From assembly GCA_963675245.1 (NCBI GenBank), contig OY775910.1, positions 320,001 to 384,000 on the forward strand: DNA of 64,000 nucleotides, in the 5' to 3' direction. The notes beneath the pieces were generated by a model that worked only from the letters and a program-made list of their open reading frames with translations, did no database searches and was not told the DNA's origin. The DNA comes from Acholeplasmataceae bacterium (GTDB taxonomy: Bacteria > Bacillota_I > Bacilli_A > Acholeplasmatales > Acholeplasmataceae). Numbering within the stretch: position 1 is the stretch's first letter; every line of letters starts with the position of its first letter. Positions 59,326 to 64,000 of this stretch are shown here, piece by piece. The position numbers were made by a program, and so were the translations under genes.

Positions 59326-61149
59326 TTATTCTATGATGCCCTGTAATCTTTCTTGTAAAAATTGATTCTTATACAGATTAAAATACTTTCCTCGTTTTTC
59401 AATGAGTTCATCATGTGTACCCATTTCAATGATTTTACCCATTTCAAGCATGACGATTAAATCCGCATTGACAATCGTTGATAATCTGTGAGCAACGATA
59501 AAACTCGTACGATCTTTCAATAGCTTTTCAGTCGCGTCTTGGATGACGAGTTCTGATTCTGAGTCAATGGATGACGTCGCTTCGTCTAAGATGAGAATTC
59601 GTGGATCGGCAAGTACAGCTCTAGCAAAACTGATAAGCTGCTTTTGACCAACTGACAAGAGATTACCACCTTCACCAACAAATGTCTCATACCCTTTTTC
59701 TAATTTATCTACAAAAGCTGCGACACCGACGGATTTTGCTGCACTGATGACTTCTTCATCTGTCGCACTTAATTTACCATAACGAATATTTTCCATAATG
59801 GTAGTAGAGAATAAATGTGGCGATTGTAATACATAACCAAGTCTCTTATGAAGCCAATGAATACTTCTTTCACGATAATCAATACCGTCAATTAGCAATT
59901 GTCCCTTTTTAGGTTCATAAAAACGTGATAAGAGATTAACCATCGTTGTTTTACCAGATCCAGTATGTCCAACTAAAGCGACGGATTGTCCAGCTTTAAT
60001 CTTAAAATTAAAGTTTTCCAATATCGTTTCGTTTTCATTATAGTTAAATGTAATGTCTCTAAACTCAACGTCACCTTTTAAATCTTCCCAATTGTCTCTA
60101 TGATCATTAAATAAATCACCATATTTTTCAATGACGTCAGGACGATCAACAATTTCAGGTTCAGTTTCAATAAGACCCGTTAAACGTTCTGCGGATGCTT
60201 GCGCATTTTGAAAGTCTGATAATATTTGGGTAATGACCATAACTGGTTCAAAGAAATTGATAGTGTATGCAATAAACATTTGTAGTGTACCAATCGTGAT
60301 AAATATCCCTAAGACATAAACACTACCTTGATACATCGTGACAGCAACCCCAACATACGCTAAGATCAAAATAATACTTGAGAAAATGGCTGACATAATA
60401 ACCGCTCTCACACTCGCTTTTTTTAGCTTACGTGCAGTGACTTCAAACTCATCGTAATTGTCTTGTTCAATCGATAACGATTTTGTTGTTTTAGCACCTG
60501 AGAATCCTTCATTGTATTGCGCTGTAAGTTGTGAGTTATGTTTCTTAGCAATACGATGACGATGAAGAATCGCTTTCTGGAAAAAATACGCGATGACAAG
60601 CATGATTGGTAAAAGTATGGTAATAATTAACGCGAGTTTAACATAGGTAAAATATAACACGATGAGAATGCCAATCATCTGTAAACCAGCCCATAGGAAG
60701 TCGACAATACCCCATGAGACGATCAATGCTAATTTTCTCGTATCTGAGGTCATTCTTGCCATAATCCAACCTTGTGGTGTTTTATCAAAATATGAGTAAG
60801 GTAACCTTTGAATATTTCTAAACGCTTGTTTTCTAAACGTATACGACGTATTCGCTTCGATAATACCAGCTTGCTTAATGAATCCCCAAACACATAGGCC
60901 AAATCCTAATGCTACCAAAATATTGATAACAACAAATATCGGCCATGTTGCATAGTCGTTCCCTAAAAAGAATACATCAATTGCGTAACGGTTAATCAGT
61001 GGCCATGCCACATCTAAAGACGCAACGACAATGACGAAAAACATTAATAATATGATATTTTTACGTGAACTGAAAACGATTCTGATAATCTTTTTCCACG
61101 TATTAAGACTTACCTTCTGCTGGATGTCTTGATCATCTTCATGATGCAT
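59326..61149 (-). CDS. Heterodimeric ABC exporter subunit with canonical Walker B
   Basis: GHTGSGKT, LSVGQKQ, LDEATSS. Confidence 0.93.
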   Translation of the reverse strand: MHHEDDQDIQQKVSLNTWKKIIRIVFSSRKNIILLMFFVIVVASLDVAWPLINRYAIDVFFLGNDYATWPIFVVINILVALGFGLCVWGFIKQAGIIEANTSYTFRKQAFRNIQRLPYSYFDKTPQGWIMARMTSDTRKLALIVSWGIVDFLWAGLQMIGILIVLYFTYVKLALIITILLPIMLVIAYFFQKAILHRHRIAKKHNSQLTAQYNEGFSGAKTTKSLSIEQDNYDEFEVTARKLKKASVRAVIMSAIFSSIILILAYVGVAVTMYQGSVYVLGIFITIGTLQMFIAYTINFFEPVMVITQILSDFQNAQASAERLTGLIETEPEIVDRPDVIEKYGDLFNDHRDNWEDLKGDVEFRDITFNYNENETILENFNFKIKAGQSVALVGHTGSGKTTMVNLLSRFYEPKKGQLLIDGIDYRERSIHWLHKRLGYVLQSPHLFSTTIMENIRYGKLSATDEEVISAAKSVGVAAFVDKLEKGYETFVGEGGNLLSVGQKQLISFARAVLADPRILILDEATSSIDSESELVIQDATEKLLKDRTSFIVAHRLSTIVNADLIVMLEMGKIIEMGTHDELIEKRGKYFNLYKNQFLQERLQGIIE

Positions 61150-62983
61150 CAGAATCACCTGCCTTAATCATGTCAAGGAATTCTTTTTCAAGGCGTCCTT
61201 GGATATCCCAAATCTTCTTATAAAGACCTGGTTTATGACTTAATTCGTCATGGGTGCCAATCGCTTCAATCATACCGTTTTCTAGAACGATAATCATATC
61301 GGCTTCCTTGGCAGTTGTAATACGGTGGGTAATGATGATTGATGTATGGTCTGTATCTTTTTTAGATAATGCTTCTCGAATCATCATATCTGTTTGGGTG
61401 TCAACAGCACTTAAAGCATCATCAAAAATGAGGATTGGTTTATCGCTAACAAGTATACGTGCAATCGCTACTCTTTGTTTTTGACCACCTGAAAGGGTTG
61501 TTCCTTTTTCACCTACAACAGTGTCATAACCTTGTTGGAAGGTATTAATATCTTTTTCTAGTGCTGCGATACGAGCTGCTTCAACAACTCTTTCTCTTGT
61601 GGCTTTTTTATGTGCAATCGCAATATTCTCAAACACTGTTTTAGAATATAGGAATGGGTCTTGTAAAACAACACCAATTTCTTTTCTGATGTATGTCTTT
61701 TTAATATCAGTTAATTTGACGCCATCCATATAAATATCGCCACTCTGATAGTCATACATTCTAAGTAAGAGATTAATGATTGTCGATTTACCTGAACCGG
61801 TACGACCAATAATCGCAACCGTTTGTCCTGCTTTAATATCAAATGAAACGTCTTTTAATAAATGTTCGTTACTATCATCGAATTTGAATGAGACATGATC
61901 AAATCGAATATTGCCTTTAATGTCTGGTGTTTCTTTACCATCAATATCAAATTCACTCGGTTTATCCAAAATTTCATTTAAGCGATCTGATGATACTAAT
62001 GCTTTAGAGAAGTCACTAATTAAACGTCCAAGACCACGTATTGGCCAAATGAGCATACCCACTAGTTGGAGTGCTGCAGCAACAGCAGCAGCATCCATAA
62101 TACCATTTGTGATACCATATGCACCAACAGCAATGATAATTAAATATTGATTGATGCTGATAAAATCCATGGAACCCCAATAGATCGCGATAATCTTAGT
62201 CGCATGAATTTGCATATTACGATAACTACTATTTTTCTCTTCCATTTTTTCAAGTTCAAATGATTCATTCGCAAATGCTCTAACAACACGCGAACCTGAA
62301 ACACTTTCTTGAACAACGGTGATCATTTTTGATTCGCGTTCTTCTACTTCTTTAAACACTTTATCAATCTTAGTGAAATAAATAATTGATGAGGTAGCCA
62401 TAATCGGTGCAATCGATAATGTTATCCAAACCATTGTTGGATTGATGATAGCGAGTTGATAAGCCCCAAAGATTAATGTGAAGATGAGATGTGCGAAATC
62501 TAATAAACGATTCGTTAAAAATAAAGAAGTTGTTTCAATATCTGTTGTCACACGCTGAATTAAGTCACCCGTATCAACATTATTATGGAATTTATAGTCA
62601 AGTTGTTGGATGTGATGATACATTCTAAGACGCATATCTCTCGCAGTACCTTCCATCATATGACCTCTTAACCATAAATCAAAGAATCTTAAAGAAAATC
62701 TAAACACTTGCAGTACCACAAGGCTTAATGCAATTCTAAAAATAATATTTAATACATCTGAGTCCATGGATAAAAACTGTATGACAAAAGACGGTAAGTT
62801 AGCTTCATTTACCGAGACATCTCCCAAAGTCACACCTGGTTGTTCCATCAGTGTTTGGATTAAATATTGTGTAAATAGTGGTACGTTTGAATATGTATAT
62901 TGAAGAATCGCTGTAAATAATACAGCGACAAAAAATAACACCCAGTACCCTTTGCCTAATTTCAATAGCCTCATAACGCGCAT
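61139..62983 (-). CDS. Heterodimeric ABC exporter subunit with degenerate Walker B
   Basis: GRTGSGKS, LSGGQKQR, FDDALSAVD; start set by the GGAGG SD. Confidence 0.93.
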   Translation of the reverse strand: MRVMRLLKLGKGYWVLFFVAVLFTAILQYTYSNVPLFTQYLIQTLMEQPGVTLGDVSVNEANLPSFVIQFLSMDSDVLNIIFRIALSLVVLQVFRFSLRFFDLWLRGHMMEGTARDMRLRMYHHIQQLDYKFHNNVDTGDLIQRVTTDIETTSLFLTNRLLDFAHLIFTLIFGAYQLAIINPTMVWITLSIAPIMATSSIIYFTKIDKVFKEVEERESKMITVVQESVSGSRVVRAFANESFELEKMEEKNSSYRNMQIHATKIIAIYWGSMDFISINQYLIIIAVGAYGITNGIMDAAAVAAALQLVGMLIWPIRGLGRLISDFSKALVSSDRLNEILDKPSEFDIDGKETPDIKGNIRFDHVSFKFDDSNEHLLKDVSFDIKAGQTVAIIGRTGSGKSTIINLLLRMYDYQSGDIYMDGVKLTDIKKTYIRKEIGVVLQDPFLYSKTVFENIAIAHKKATRERVVEAARIAALEKDINTFQQGYDTVVGEKGTTLSGGQKQRVAIARILVSDKPILIFDDALSAVDTQTDMMIREALSKKDTDHTSIIITHRITTAKEADMIIVLENGMIEAIGTHDELSHKPGLYKKIWDIQGRLEKEFLDMIKAGDSDAS

Positions 62984-63057
62984 ACAAATCATTCCTCCAT
63001 GCCACAAATAAGTATACAATACTTATTATGAAATAGCAATCTACAAACGCTTTCATT

Positions 63058-64000
63058 TTACACAAAAAAAGAGCCTGTCGGCTCTTCGCTTGAAAATGAT
63101 AATGATTTTTTCAATAATTCTATTTTATGATTGAATTTATGGAATACCTCAGTCGCTTCTTTGTAGTAAAAATATTTGCTAAATAGTCGATGTGAACTTT
63201 TCTGGAGATACTTAAGAACTTGTACATTATCTGTTAAAAAGTTATTTCCTAAAATAACATGTCTTAGATAAATCAGCAAATTTTCTTTAGAACTCATATG
63301 TTTTGTCTTTATAAACGAAACGATTAATTTTTGATCATTGGAAAGTTTGACGTTTGGTTGCATCTTGAGTAAATGCTTAATCTCATCTTTGTGATGCAAC
63401 CCATCTAATGTTTTCAATTTTATAATGAACCATTTGCTATCCATTGTTTTAACTTGTTCATTTATAAGATTTAATACTGCTTTGTACTGTTGATTAGCAA
63501 ATAGATTTAATGCTTTGGCATAAACATAATTCTTTTTAGGTATACCTTGATGATGACTTAATAATTTTTTATATGATGAAATGCTCATTCTTTGTGAAAA
63601 ATAAGTCATTCTTTGAATTTGTAAATCATTAATTTGCTTATAATATCCTAGCTTTATGAGTTTTTCTTGATACGATGGATATAACAAATGAAAGAGAGAA
63701 GAATTTTCCATTTGTATCGCATTTATTAACAACCATTTATCCCTATATAATAACAATATATCCGAGATACCATCATAAGTCATTTCAGTTAATAATTCGC
63801 TAGCTTCTTGATATCTTGATTCATCAAACAACATTTGACTTACAAGACAAATTAAAATAGCAAACTCTTCATCAGGCATACTACTAATCATTGGTATGAT
63901 TTGTTGATATGTTTGATGAATTTCAGCATTCTTTTTATTAAGAATATACAGTCCTAATTTCAATAAGCTTGTTTGATAATTCATTTGTGTCCCTATATGA
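63058..64000 (-). CDS. Hypothetical alpha-helical (TPR-like) protein, probably 5'-truncated by the window edge
   Basis: The frame stays open upstream of the ATG at 63984 to the window end; helical L/K/Y-rich composition; terminator-like hairpin at 63064-63086. Confidence 0.6.
   Translation of the reverse strand, partial: HIGTQMNYQTSLLKLGLYILNKKNAEIHQTYQQIIPMISSMPDEEFAILICLVSQMLFDESRYQEASELLTEMTYDGISDILLLYRDKWLLINAIQMENSSLFHLLYPSYQEKLIKLGYYKQINDLQIQRMTYFSQRMSISSYKKLLSHHQGIPKKNYVYAKALNLFANQQYKAVLNLINEQVKTMDSKWFIIKLKTLDGLHHKDEIKHLLKMQPNVKLSNDQKLIVSFIKTKHMSSKENLLIYLRHVILGNNFLTDNVQVLKYLQKSSHRLFSKYFYYKEATEVFHKFNHKIELLKKSLSFSSEEPTGSFFV

Noticed and set aside
470..62150. Many short plus-strand ORFs in the track (e.g. 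31764-32249, 25867-26259, 36593-36964)
   Set aside because: Antisense shadows of well-supported minus-strand genes, with no recognisable motifs

Overview
Low-GC, gene-dense chromosomal segment with nearly all genes on the minus strand. UGA acts as a stop codon, the housekeeping genes look Firmicutes-like, and no cell-wall genes appear in the window, so it is most consistent with an Acholeplasmatales/Izemoplasmatales-type Mollicute (inference). Gene content in order: cdd-ybeY-phoH-rpsU-secG; a CeuBCDE/YclNOPQ-type siderophore ABC operon led by an HmoA-like ABM protein; cysK-cysE; glnA; rlmD; sdaA; an M32 carboxypeptidase; a ZIP-MntR-MgtE-MgtE metal operon; an ABC-ABC-TldD-TldE operon; a five-gene DUF2089/SHOCT-like operon; pepT; an ArsR-permease-thioredoxin module; a Sel1 protein; uvrB; a Na/Pi-PPDK-PfkA/PPi-PFK cluster; a 2804-aa membrane-anchored repeat protein; a CDF transporter; dnaE; flavodoxin; an Ig-repeat protein; and a second heterodimeric ABC exporter. 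I saw no tRNA, rRNA, CRISPR array, transposase or prophage. The best leads are the SHOCT/DUF2089 operon with two microproteins missing from the ORF track, the giant 96-aa repeat protein, a candidate ~200-nt structured RNA at 14.4-14.6 kb, and the divergent ATP-/PPi-PFK pair with putative operators. All calls come from reading motifs by eye; no database searches were run.
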